This document shows, one piece after another, positions 23,032-35,400 of a stretch of 53,155 nt of DNA (positions are counted from its first letter, which is position 1; every line of letters begins with the position of its first letter). The notes under the pieces were generated by a model, which was not told the DNA's origin, searched no databases, and was given only the letters and a program-made list of their open reading frames with translations. Source of the stretch: Sphaeroforma arctica JP610 (taxonomy: Eukaryota); the NCBI RefSeq assembly GCF_001186125.1, contig NW_014040466.1:44646-97800 (forward strand), in the 5' to 3' direction. Made by a program: the position numbers and the translations under genes.

Positions 23032-25140
23032 GTAATCTGTTTTTCTGACATATTTGTGCCTAAAGTGTAGGTATGCGAAAGGCATCCGAGAGGTTCAAAA
23101 GGCGCTGAAGACTGGCGTGGTACGCTGCGTCATCCTCCCTACAGATGTAGAGAATGTGCGTATAGACAACGGACTGAATGACCAGTTACGAACGCTGATC
23201 GATTCTTGTGCGACAAAAGTAGGTCTTTGGGGTGAATGGGTACATTTGTTTATTCGATTGACGCTAGATAGATACTTGGGTAGAGGTAAGCTCGATACCC
23301 TATGGATACTACGCTAGATTCGCGTACACTTGTTTTTTGACGCTAGATACTTACTGGATGGATGTATACGATATTGCGCTAGATATGTGTAGTGTTGTTT
23401 ATTGGCGCTAGGTAGATACTAGATGGATGGATACAGGGATAGATAGATACTTGATGGATTTATACTGGAATAGATAGATGCTGCGCTAGATAGGTGTAGT
23501 CTTGTTTATTGGCGGTAGGTAGATACTAGATGGATGGATACAGGAATAGATAGATACTGGATGTATGTATACTGGAATAGATAGATGCTGCGCTAGATAG
23601 TTGCACTCTTCTTATTAGCACTAGATGGATACTAGATGGATGGATACAGGAAAAGATAGATACTGGATGGATGTATACTGGAATAGGTAGATGCTGCGCT
23701 AGACAGATGTACTCTTGTTTATTGGCGCTAGATAGATACGAGATGGATGGATACAGGAATAGATAGATATTGTCATATATAGGTGTACTCGTGATGCCTC
23801 CCCATTTGGGATCAGCCTCCATTCATTCCCACAGCTCAGCGGCAGAGCAATCCTGACACGCGACTGACCACCTCCTTGTGGATATGAAAAAAAAATATAC
23901 TATCAAATGAGATCTACAATATGGCTAGCTCGAATATCGGATATGTATTGCTTTTATTAAGTGCCCAGTTAGTTAGGTGTCGCGTGCGTAAGTCAGGCTA
24001 TGACACAATCGGGTTGTCCTCGGGTAGATGCTGAATCCACTATGAGACTCTGCAAACCGATAGTTGAAGTGTACTCTGACGGATTATCAAGATGCACGCC
24101 AACGTACTCATCTCATACGGTCAAGCCGTGCGCAATTGAATCAAAGCCCATTCCTGCTGTTCTCAAAAACTTCACAGCGGCTGCGTTGGTTCAGTTCGGT
24201 ACTCGACGTGGTCTGCGTTTTGGAGCGAACGAGCATATATTACCTACACACCCCCATGATGTCCTCCCAGTATGCTATTCACAAGGGTTTAGGGGGTTCT
24301 AAAACACCAAAAATCCAAAACCCCATTTCATCTCAATGGCATATCTTCTAACTACAGGGCATTGAGGTCGTATATGCGATGACCAGGAAGTCCCTGGGCG
24401 ACTGCCTGATACCAAAAGCGCCCGTCTCGGTTGTCAGCATCCACGACTACAGCGGCACACACGTGGCCTACAAAGCACTGCACAAGGAGCTGGAGGAACA
24501 ACAACGAGCTTATGCTCACCTGATCAATGTGCACGCCAAGACCTGCGATACGAAGTGCGAGGCCAGGGCGAAGCTCCAACGCGCGCAACGGGTGCAAGTT
24601 AGTGGGGAGATACGGGTGGTGGTGGTGCAAGAGGAGAACATTATTATTCAGCCGCGGCAAAAGCACGTGTATGAGCTGTGTGTTACTGAAGCACAACTCA
24701 AAGCAGGGCAGTCGCATAAAGCGTTTAAAGGTGACCAAGGGAAGGGCGAAGTAGCCGCCGGTTGTGAGAGCAGATCAGACTCTCATGATGATGTGGAGAC
24801 TGCGACAAGCTCCGAAGAGTCAGGGAATTCCAACAAGACATTGAGAATAAGCTGCGCATTTTCAACGGATAATGGCGATATCCGTTTTGGTGTTAGTAGG
24901 CAAACGCGGGCTACATCTGGAGACGGCGCAGATGGGGCTGAGGTGACCACTGGCAGTGTTTCAGGAGCCGATGTGTGTGTAGTGGAGGCCAAAAGAGTTG
25001 CCAGTGATACCTCTCAGTGCACTTTCGATTGGGCGTTGGAGGAATCGGGAGTGTTTGTTCTGGAGTGGGACAACGGCTACTCACGGTCCAAGAGCAAGGT
25101 TCTGCACTTTACAATAGAGAAACTGTGGTCTTCTTCGTAG
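16808..25140 (+). CDS. SECISBP2: SECIS-binding protein 2 (SBP2/SECISBP2 family: K-rich SID + L7Ae) with a C-terminal GOLD domain, about 1324 aa
   Basis: Exons: 16808-16859 (tentative), 18065-18697 (5' boundary tentative), 19093-21286, 22030-22194, 23071-23218, 24358-25140. All phases are compatible (3975 nt). SID motif [37 protein letters not shown] at 19407-19520; HSAKFRGYC matches the SBP2 HSRRFRDYC motif; L7Ae [30 protein letters not shown]...[11 protein letters not shown]...[14 protein letters not shown]...[12 protein letters not shown]. Confidence 0.88.
22297..23028. repeat. Compound (TACA)n/(TA)n/(CA)n microsatellite in an SBP2 intron
   Basis: Seen directly in the sequence. Confidence 0.95.
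23260..23770. repeat. Degenerate tandem array (gcgctagatag...tagatggatggatacag...) in an SBP2 intron
   Basis: Recurrent ttgtttattggcgctag.tagatactagatggatggatacagg and tatactggaatagatagatgctgcgctaga at about 120-bp period. Confidence 0.8.
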
Positions 25141-27021
25141 TAAACATATTTGTCTTGCATAGCAATATTCAGATTCTCATATTTTTTATTCGCATAGCGC
25201 CTGTTCTTGGTTTCCATAGTCTGAGCCTACATGTGTAACTGTATATTCCTCCAGCCGATATATGTAACTGCTTGTAGTGGTATGGCCCTGGTGAATGTCG
25301 CTGGCATACATCAATTGGAACTAGTATGTAAATTAATATAGCGTTTTAACTGTGGTCTATGGCACAGGATCGCCGCTTGGTCTAAGTAAGACACGGGATA
25401 TTGAATAACTAATACTTTAGCTACTCTTTAGTATGTTTGTATCGTGATAGTTATGATCATAGAATCGTGAATTATTAGCTCTGTAGTATACTGCACCGCA
25501 AGTGTTGAGCGGTATACGGTGATCAAGAGGTGTTCGCCGCAAATCAACGAGAACGTAGTCATACTTTTTACAGTATATACATCCCTGGCTTACTGTTCCG
25601 AAGCGTAGATAATATTATTTTCAACTAGCCGGAGTTTTCAATGTTCGCAGTTCACACCTTGACTGGATTCCTTTGTATTGATATGTCCCTGCGAATGTAG
25701 GCAGTGGGCACTGATACTACTTATTATGTCTTATTTTTAGTACGAGAGGGATTAGGAATACTGCTGAGAATGGAAGGCACAAGATGCAACAGTGAGACTA
25801 TTCATATTACTAAACACAAGATTCTTCTACTTTTTTTAATTTAAAAAAAAAAATAGAGGTATCTCGTGTTTAGTGAAATAATAGTATTTGTTCTGTATTT
25901 ATTATTATTGTTTTAAAAGAAAAATATTATATTTTCACTTTTTCAGGGAGATGTATAAAAATAGGCTCAAAAAATCAAATACAGTAAATACAATTTTGCT
26001 CCAAGCCTGGAATTTGCATAGCCTACTAAAATCAAAATTTCAAACAGCAATGAGCAACTCAGCTGCTCAGGCCGCCAAGAGTCAAGACGTGCCACAGGGC
26101 ACAGGGCACAGGGTACACGCCCACACCCACAAGCCCTGGTGGCTGGTGGCTGGTGCCAGCAGCCAGAGTGTTCACTGTTCAGACTCTCTCAAAAAGTTTC
26201 CCGTTAAAACGTTTACAAAACATAAAAATAAACATTAACGTTCAATTTTTATTTCATATGTGGTTATGGTCCATTTCGTTGTTTCTAGGTGTAAATACGA
26301 AGTTCAATTTTGGGGTTTTTATGTATCACATACAACCGTCTAAACCGTTAAAACTACACCCATAACGTAATGAGCTTAGTAATCAGTTTTTACTGTTCAC
26401 TGTTCATCAGTTTGCCTAAGCCTGGCGGCTGACGGCCCTGACTGGACTGTCTGTCCCGTATAGAAAAGCTGACAAACTAAATATGTGCAAATGCCGCCAT
26501 CCTAATAAGGATAAAATCATATTGTTCTCAAATCTCAATGTTATGCGCATGTATTTATAAATATCACTATATCAGTTCCTTTCTCAATATGAAACGTTTT
26601 CAAATCCAATCGTTTTTGCTGCAATTCTTTCGTATTGCTTTCGTCTCGAGTGAATAGTACGTAGATCTTTTTTAGTTTTTTACGTGTATAAATTTAATCA
26701 TTCTGCGCTATTACATACATTGAACGTTTATTTCTGCAAGTGGGTGAATTGAGTCGGAGGAACATCTTGATGACTCGACCTATGAACGAATGTGTTATTT
26801 ATGTAAATACGTGTATTTCACTGTAAAATAAATGGTAAGAAAATGAAGTTAGAAATATATAAAATACTTGTATACTTTTAATCGTCCAAGTAAGCGACCA
26901 TTCTATGTATCCTATCTGAACGAGTCGTCTGAAGGTCTGAACGGTTTGGCATTGACACTATATCCATCATAAACTTAGTCTAAGCTTCAGCTGAGAAGGC
27001 GTTAACGCACTCCAGGAAACC

Positions 27022-27918
27022 ATGATCGGGCGGTTAGCGCAAATCCGCCTTTTGGTGTGGAAGAACTTTAAGTTGCAAAGCCGTAGGCCCATTGGGACTA
27101 TAGTGGAAATAATAGTCCCAGTGCTATTTATGAGCATTATGGTGGGACTGAAGCAGATTGTGCCTTTCGAGTCTGGTGGCCCAGGTATGCGGAATATGCG
27201 GAATATAGGAAGCAGCAAAGAGCTTAAGAAACTGTTCAAGCACAAGAGAATGCTGTTGTATATCTTGCGTTGAATTGAATCACAGCAAACAACAGTGTAG
27301 ACTGACACATTGTTGTTTCCGATATATGCAGTTTTCAATGCCGCAGATCAGGCGATCAATGAGATGCCGTACCCAAATGTAACGCAGTACCTTTACTATC
27401 CTGCGTCAGGACAATGTAAGTTATGTATACCTGCATGCATACAAGTTATGTTTGCATATACTTTTATTTCGAATTTGCGAACGGACTTTCATTTCAAACA
27501 TTCGCAAATTCTCGTTCTCCCGCCTGAAACATATGTTTCACCATATATATTCACCATATATGTTCGAGTGTTAAGATTACATAGTGAGGCTTCGAATAGT
27601 TATATCCCGTTTTTACAGTACAGGAATGCGTTCGTTATTCATTTTACCACGGAAGGCCTTTTGAATAGACTGTTGTTGAAAAAGTTGGTCATCTGACTGA
27701 ACTATGTAGCGTTATATATATATGCACAATTAATATATATATATATATATATATATTATATTACTTATATAGACATGTATATATATATATTACTTATATA
27801 TTACTTATATTTTACTTATATATATATATAGATGTATATTATATATATTACTTATATATATATATATATATATGTATATAGTAAATATATATATACAAGT
27901 ATATATGTATATAATATA

Positions 27919-27964
<46 letters not shown>

Positions 27965-28077
27965 CGTGTGTATATGTTTGTATGTACATAAATAGTTTAT
28001 ATCAGTAGATGTATAATAATTTTTATATATTAATATATAATAATATTAAACAATGCATAGTGCATATGTATATGTAC

Positions 28078-28111
<34 letters not shown>

Positions 28112-28137
28112 ATCTTTATACACATGTATATATCTTC

Positions 28138-28180
<43 letters not shown>

Positions 28181-29349
28181 TTATTTATATATTTATATAG
28201 ATATAGATATAGATACATATATACACTAAGCCTGATCACACTCGCATATATACTACACGTGACTCGTCTACACACAGCGGCCATTATAACGGAGTACATC
28301 GCTCAACAGCAAGGAGGCGGTATAATTACTACCGGCACGGATAACGAAACTGAATTGGCAGAATTGGGTCGCGGTAAACCCGATGTTGTTGGTAAGCTGC
28401 ATACTGGTCGAGTGTCTGTTCTATTATTATTTCATATATTTGCCACAAGTATATAGATATCTCTTCACGATAAGTATATGGATATCTCTTCACGATAAGT
28501 ATATAGATGGCTATTCAGGATAAGTAGGTGAATTGAACACCCACGCAGCAAGGCATAATGAACTGTATGTATGTACAAACACTTAGTGCTGTGTTTATAC
28601 CAAGGAACGATGTAGCAAGATAAGAGGCAAAGATACACGCACACGTAGTTTTTACATTTTATCGAAGAGTGTGTCGTTTGATTGAGAGGCGCAGAGCCGG
28701 AGGATGTGTCAATATTCTCAGAATGCATGTATAGCGGAGTACGAAGGACACAGAGTTTCGAACCTTTAAAATCCGAAACAATTCACAAGTCTCAAGAACT
28801 TGTATCAGTGTTGGGATCTATATCAAGTACTTATCGAGATCCTCTCCTATTCCTATCAAACATTATGAGATCCTCTCTGAGGGATCCACGCAGAACAATG
28901 AACAGGCTACCTGTTTGTACAGTCCTCTGAGGCGGTATGAATATATGTAGGGATTTATTAGGGGCTCCATCAGAAATGTGAGTATTGAGTGCACGATAAC
29001 CAAGTTACCGACTTCACATCATTGGTGTCGATAGTAAACATTGCTTATTTATGATATCATATTGTGCCACGCAGGAATCATATACAACAACACCGTCAAC
29101 GGAAACCTTCCCGAGGACGATGTACAGATCACGTTACGGTTTCCATACGCACCGTCATGCACACAGTACAACAAGGGCTGCAATGACAATAGCAAGGACT
29201 GGGATACCACTGTGCGATACACAACACAAGGGTTCTTCGACAAAGGACCGAAACTGAAGGACAACGCCGTCACTGATTCCCAGTAAGATGAACAATTCTG
29301 TTGAGCCTTGCGCGGTTATGAGTGTGTCTGATACTGCAATATATATAAA

Positions 29350-29403
<54 letters not shown>

Positions 29404-32400
29404 ATATATATCATATAAATAACATACATATTTATGTATACATACACACACATTATATATATATATATATATATATATTATATCTATATATAGTTAGTGT
29501 TAATTATTGTTCCTATACATACAGCTGACTCTCTGGCATGATAAATGCATATCTCTAGGTATTGGTATAGTGGGTTTGGCCGATTGGAGTGGGAGTTGGG
29601 CCAGGCGGTGGCCTCTCTGCGCAATACAGGTGCTTTGGGCGCTGATGTTCAGCAGAACATTGACTACCGAGTGCAGACCTTTCCCTTTGCTGAGTATATT
29701 CTCAATCAGTTTGCGACGGTATGTATGTGTTGTATATAGCGTATAGGGCTGTTGTTGCTATGCGTGTTGCTCTGGTAGTCTGTGCGACGGCAACGTGATC
29801 GTGCCCTGTAATGTAATGTGAGCTGTGTGTGCACACATACACGCGCAATCATATATCAGTATACACACTGAAGCATAGCGATGTTGGATCCGAACATTCA
29901 ACGGGTATACTTCCTATTATATGCATATTACATATTTTTTAGTACAGATGTGTGCGTATACACTAGAAAGATGTGGGATAGATATGCAAGTAAGTGAGTA
30001 CGCATACTTAATAAGGCTCGAATGTAAAACCAGGCTTTGTTTCTATGTTTCTAGGTTTTGATCGAGCATGAGGCCATACTATATCCAGGCATATGTGCAT
30101 TGTTTTTATCCGTGAAGATTTTTATGCAAGTAGAAATCGACGCATGTATAAGTTCGAAGGATATTGAAAGTATCTATAAATTGCTCGATACATATGTGCG
30201 TGTTTGTGGTACACATATCCAACATCAATTCGCCCCCAACCTTCTTGCTGCGATTCAAATTGATCCGATAACTGGTTTTCCAACCCATTTTGCGATATAA
30301 AAAAAAGCTCTTTTCAGACCACTCTTTTTATCAGCAAAACATCCTCACCCCGTGTTCGATCATTTCCACAGTTTGGCATCAAGTTTACCATGCCGTTGAT
30401 TCTGGTGCTCGCCTATACGTACCCCGTGCTCACCACCACCCGCGAAGTGGTACTGGAGAAGGAACTCAGGCTTAAGGTATTACGTGGATGGATCTCTGTG
30501 TAGCTTGGTGTATTGTTGTATTGTCGTACTCGACGAATATACGAGAGATTGTACGGGAAGGGCTTGTATTCCGTATTTGTGTTGGTATTGGGATGGCATG
30601 GGTCCTGCAGAGACCGCTTGCATCATTTGTCCACCAACGAGATACACAGTACCCCGCACGCACAGTGTTGTGTACAATTGCATGGCAGGGCTCTATACCA
30701 CTAGCACGTGAGAGAATGCCCTTTTAGTATGTACTTCATTCTTATGTAACTGACAGTTATCGTCGATATCTAATCACCAGATGTATAAACTGGTACCGAT
30801 TCTGGTGTGTTTGTCTTAGCATTCTTTTGTTGATACACCTGCAAGCACAGATACATCAGTGTTTAAATGGGTCTTTGTGAAGATGGTGGGCCTTCCGCCC
30901 AACACGACCTGGGCTGTACGGCTACTCAATAGCAAGATACTGACAGTATATGTGTTTCTCATTGCCTGCAGTGATATACTCAACCAAGTCTGTCACATAG
31001 ACCTCACAATTCTCCACGTGTGCACGTGGTTAACACCCTAGTACAAAGCCATGAAGGCGATAAAGCTCTCACCACTTGTTGAACGGTGTGGTTGCTTAAG
31101 AGTAGTAGATACAGACCGTCTAAGGACCTGTCATCCTCTATATTCAACACACCCATAGCCATTCTCACACAAAGCAGGCGAGAAATATTCAAGCAACCAC
31201 CTTCGAGCCATCTATAACCTTTAGAGTTTAGGGTTTTAGATTTCGTATAACGCTACTATACCTCGAGTGACCAAACCTGTGTCAACCTGTACGTGCGCTA
31301 CGTTCAACTAGGAAGCCATGAAGATGATGGGGCTCTCGGCCACCACCAACTGGACTGCGTGGTTCCTCAAGAGCTTCATCCTGCTGGCAATCTCGACGAT
31401 CATCTCACTGTGCATCCTGTCGTTTGGCGACATCGTGCTGTACTCCGACATGAGCGTAATCACCTTCTTCTACTTCTCCTTCGTGGTAAGAATGCGTGTG
31501 TATATGTGCATTACACCGATACGGGGCTATGTATGCGTCGTTACACCGATATGGGCTATGTATGCGGGCGTCTATACCAGTACGGACCTTGGTCAGAGCC
31601 TATCAAACGAGACCATGAGGCAGGCCTTTGAATGAAATGATTTAATTCTCGACCGGATACATATCAACATGCCATAGGGTTATACGCGTTTTTCAATAAG
31701 TTGGCGAAGATTCAGGCAATTGAACAGTCTTATCAGAAAACATGTACCCAATGGGATAGTATTACCCCCTCATGGTTTCTTTCTACTACAGATGTATAAT
31801 ATATATATATATCTTTATATATATATATATATTACTTTCGCATGTTATTTATTTATTCATATCCCCGTTCTTGTCTTCGCTCTTTCGTTGACACAGGTGG
31901 AGGTCATTGCTATTTCGTTTATGATGTCAACGTTCTTCCAGAGTGCCAAGATCGCTGCGCCTGGGTCGGCTATTATCTTCATGCTCACCTTCCTGCCCTT
32001 CCAGTTGGTGACAATGTAAGACAATGTATATATATATACTATATTATAAACACACACATACGTATATATAGATATTTATATATATATATATATAGTTATA
32101 AATTTATGTATATATATATATATAACATGTTTGAGATGATACGAAACACTTGCGTACACACAAGCAGTCACATTCACTATTATACGAATCTGGCTGTATT
32201 TGATCTCGTATACAGTTGTTCACTATAAAAACACACGCACTAGGACAAGCCTATGCATACAGTTTAACGGGAAGAAAGCCATCAGCCGTACAACTGTCAT
32301 GGTGGTATCCAACAACACATTGGCTAATATCGGTATGGGAGTATGTGCTCTTGATACGCATCTACTGGATGCGTGCGTGGGCACAAGGTGTTCGCTGACA

Positions 32401-35400
32401 TGCGCACTGACACTTTTTCACTTACATATACTCACTCACACTTTTTTACTACATATAGCTCACTCACACTTTTTCACTTACATATGCTCACTCACACTTT
32501 TTCACTTACATAAACTCACTCACACTTTTTCACTTATATATAGCTCACTCACACTTTTTCACTTATATATACTCACTCACACGTTTTCACTTACATATAG
32601 CTCTCACTCACGCGTACCATGACATGCCTATGCCTATAGCTCGTCAGGAGGACAGCCCTCGGCCGTACAAGTAGCATGGTCGTCGCTGTTTGTGAACTCA
32701 GCCCAGGCGTGGGGGTGGACAGTCATTGGACAGTTCGAAGAACTTGCCAGTCCTCTAACGTGGTCTAAACTGTTCAGTGGAGCGTCGTATGACTCTGAAA
32801 TGAGTCTGGTGAGTCGTTGGGTCAGAATAGTGCGCCTGCGATTGTCGTACACGCAGTTTATGGGATGCTGTTTCTCCGATGGGTATACGCCTAAGCGGTC
32901 ATAGGTTTGTTATTGTCGGTGATGTGTTGCGCGATGCATATAGTGAACTGACAGGTACAAGGCATGGTCTCAGCAGACGCTTACCTGAATCCTAAAACTC
33001 TGAATCAGACACTTGCCCATGACATCCGGCTTTAAATTCTGGTTGCTTGTTGTATAGTTGACTGATATAGGGTTCAGGGGTTTGAAGGTCCAGGGTTTCA
33101 GGGTTTGTGACAACTATTACTATCAACTATTACTATCACTATCACTATGAAGTCGCGGATGCCAAGCTCAGACGGGCGGGGTGGTTCTGTGATTTGTTAT
33201 TATCGTCTTACCCTCGAAATTCAATTCAATTAGGGTCTGGTGACAACAATAATGCGATCAGTTACATTCCGTATTCTCTACTTTTCTGGTTTGTTCCCAT
33301 TTCGTCCTCACCCAATCAAATTAGGATCTGGTGATAACCATGATGTGGCTGGGCACGTTCCAGTTTCTGTTCATCACGTTCTACGTCTTTCCAAATTCAA
33401 ATTCAATCCAAATCAAATTAGGGTTTGGTGATAACCATGATGTGGCTGGGCACGTTCCTGTTCCTGTTCGTCACGTTCTACGTCGAGCGTGTGTTCCCAG
33501 GCGAGTTTGGGGTGGCCCAGCCCTGGTACTTTCTCTTCACCAAGAAGTACTGGCAATCGCCCGCCAAGCGCCGCAGCGATCTAGGCGACGATGTCACAGT
33601 TGCCAATATGTCGGTAAGTACGCTGACGCGCACTGACACTCCTGTTTATTTTTGCATTTCCTTATTCAAGCACTGTAGCTGAACTGCTATATATGGTAGA
33701 ATCGAATTGCTATATACGGTATAAAATTATTGTATATGGGGTATCCTGAGCTGTTTAACGGGTAATGTATATCTATATTTCTAGAAAACGTCATTGTCAG
33801 GGAAGTCATGTAATGTATATATATATCTATTTCAATGTATACATATACATATATACACGTTTCATAACAGACAACCATTATCAATGACGACGACGCCGTG
33901 ATCGAGGCAGAAGAGGAGGGCAGGACATCAGGCGTGGTAGTCAACAACCTAGTCAAGGTAGGTGTATATACAGACACTCAATCAAACCGTCACGGTAAAT
34001 GTATATTATTATACAAACCTGCGTAGGAATGTGTACATGTATATTTGTAAAAAAAATTCACGCATATGTGTACGTATATTTTTATATATACAGATTTTCT
34101 TTAGTCTTATTAAGGGAAATATATACATAAATTTGGTTAACCTGGTAAAGATAAGTATTTACAGACTGTTGTTTGTTCGAGTGATCACGCAATGTTAGAA
34201 CCAAGTATTTAGCCAAATGTTTTTATCCGTATCTTTCAAACTGACACTCCCATTTTGTTTCCGAATTTGAACCTAAATCTCCATTCAATTCGCAAATTGG
34301 TATTGCACATCCCGATATTGTTTCAAGTACAGATCAAATTTGTTCCTTCTAGCCGTAGTAGATTCACGTGATGCACTATAAATGTGTCGAACTAAATTGT
34401 ATGTTTAGTATATTCGAATGATGTCTGTCTGCATTGACGGCACAAATGTGACAGCGATTACGAGTGTGTTGTAGAGTGTTTGTGTGTACAAAGATGCTGT
34501 TAAGGGTTCGGGCGTGGTAGCGTGAAAGTAGGGTTAATCATAAAAATAATCGGTGAAAGTTATGGAAATATAATCTGGCCAATGTATGTACATATATTTA
34601 GGTATGTGTATATATACATGTACAAATTCTGATTCGAATATTATTTATATACCATTATATACATAAATATATATATATATACAGTTCATGTAATCTGATA
34701 AAACTTTTGGATTATCTTATATTACTGAAAAGAGATGTCAAAACCTACAGTAATATGTATGTAGTCAACGTTATACTGATTCGCAATACCCGCACACCGG
34801 TATGCGCAAAGGACTATAGACGTATTTATCTAGTATTGCAATCTGAACAGGCTGCTATCAAAGTACAGATCTGCGAACGAACTTGTAGGCATATTATGTA
34901 TACTTGTGATTGTGCACAGACAACACAAACATATACATGCCACGCGTTGTACGCATACATCTCATTCCGAAATGGCGCGAGTATAGCCTTAAACACGCCT
35001 GGCGTATTCTCACACAGCAATATTCGAACGGCAAGTTAGCTGTGAATGGAGTCTCCCTGAAGATGTACGAGAACGACGTTACATGCCTATTGGGGCACAA
35101 CGGTGCTGGAAAGACGTCTACCATGTCTATGCTTACAGGTATGCTTATGTACGCACATATATAAATCTATAGATATATTATATTATTATATTATCAAATT
35201 GTTACATAATAATATTGTATTATATATATACATTATTATTATTATATTAGTATATCATTATTATTATTACTATTTTTTATGGTATTATTATAAAATATTT
35301 TATAATAATATATATACAAACACATACACACACACATATATATATTTTGAGAAGCGGGCCTAGTATCAAATTTGTAAATACACGCCTGTGTTAGAAGTAA

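Noticed and set aside
14791..23085. YI/HT/CV-repeat ORFs in the six-frame track (also many between 28000 and 52900)
   Set aside because: They are translations of (TA)n, (CA)n and (TACA)n microsatellites.
24379..25140. The 253-aa ORF as an independent GOLD-domain gene
   Set aside because: Its N-terminal part is the second half of the SBP2 L7Ae domain and is reached by an in-frame splice from 23218 to 24358.
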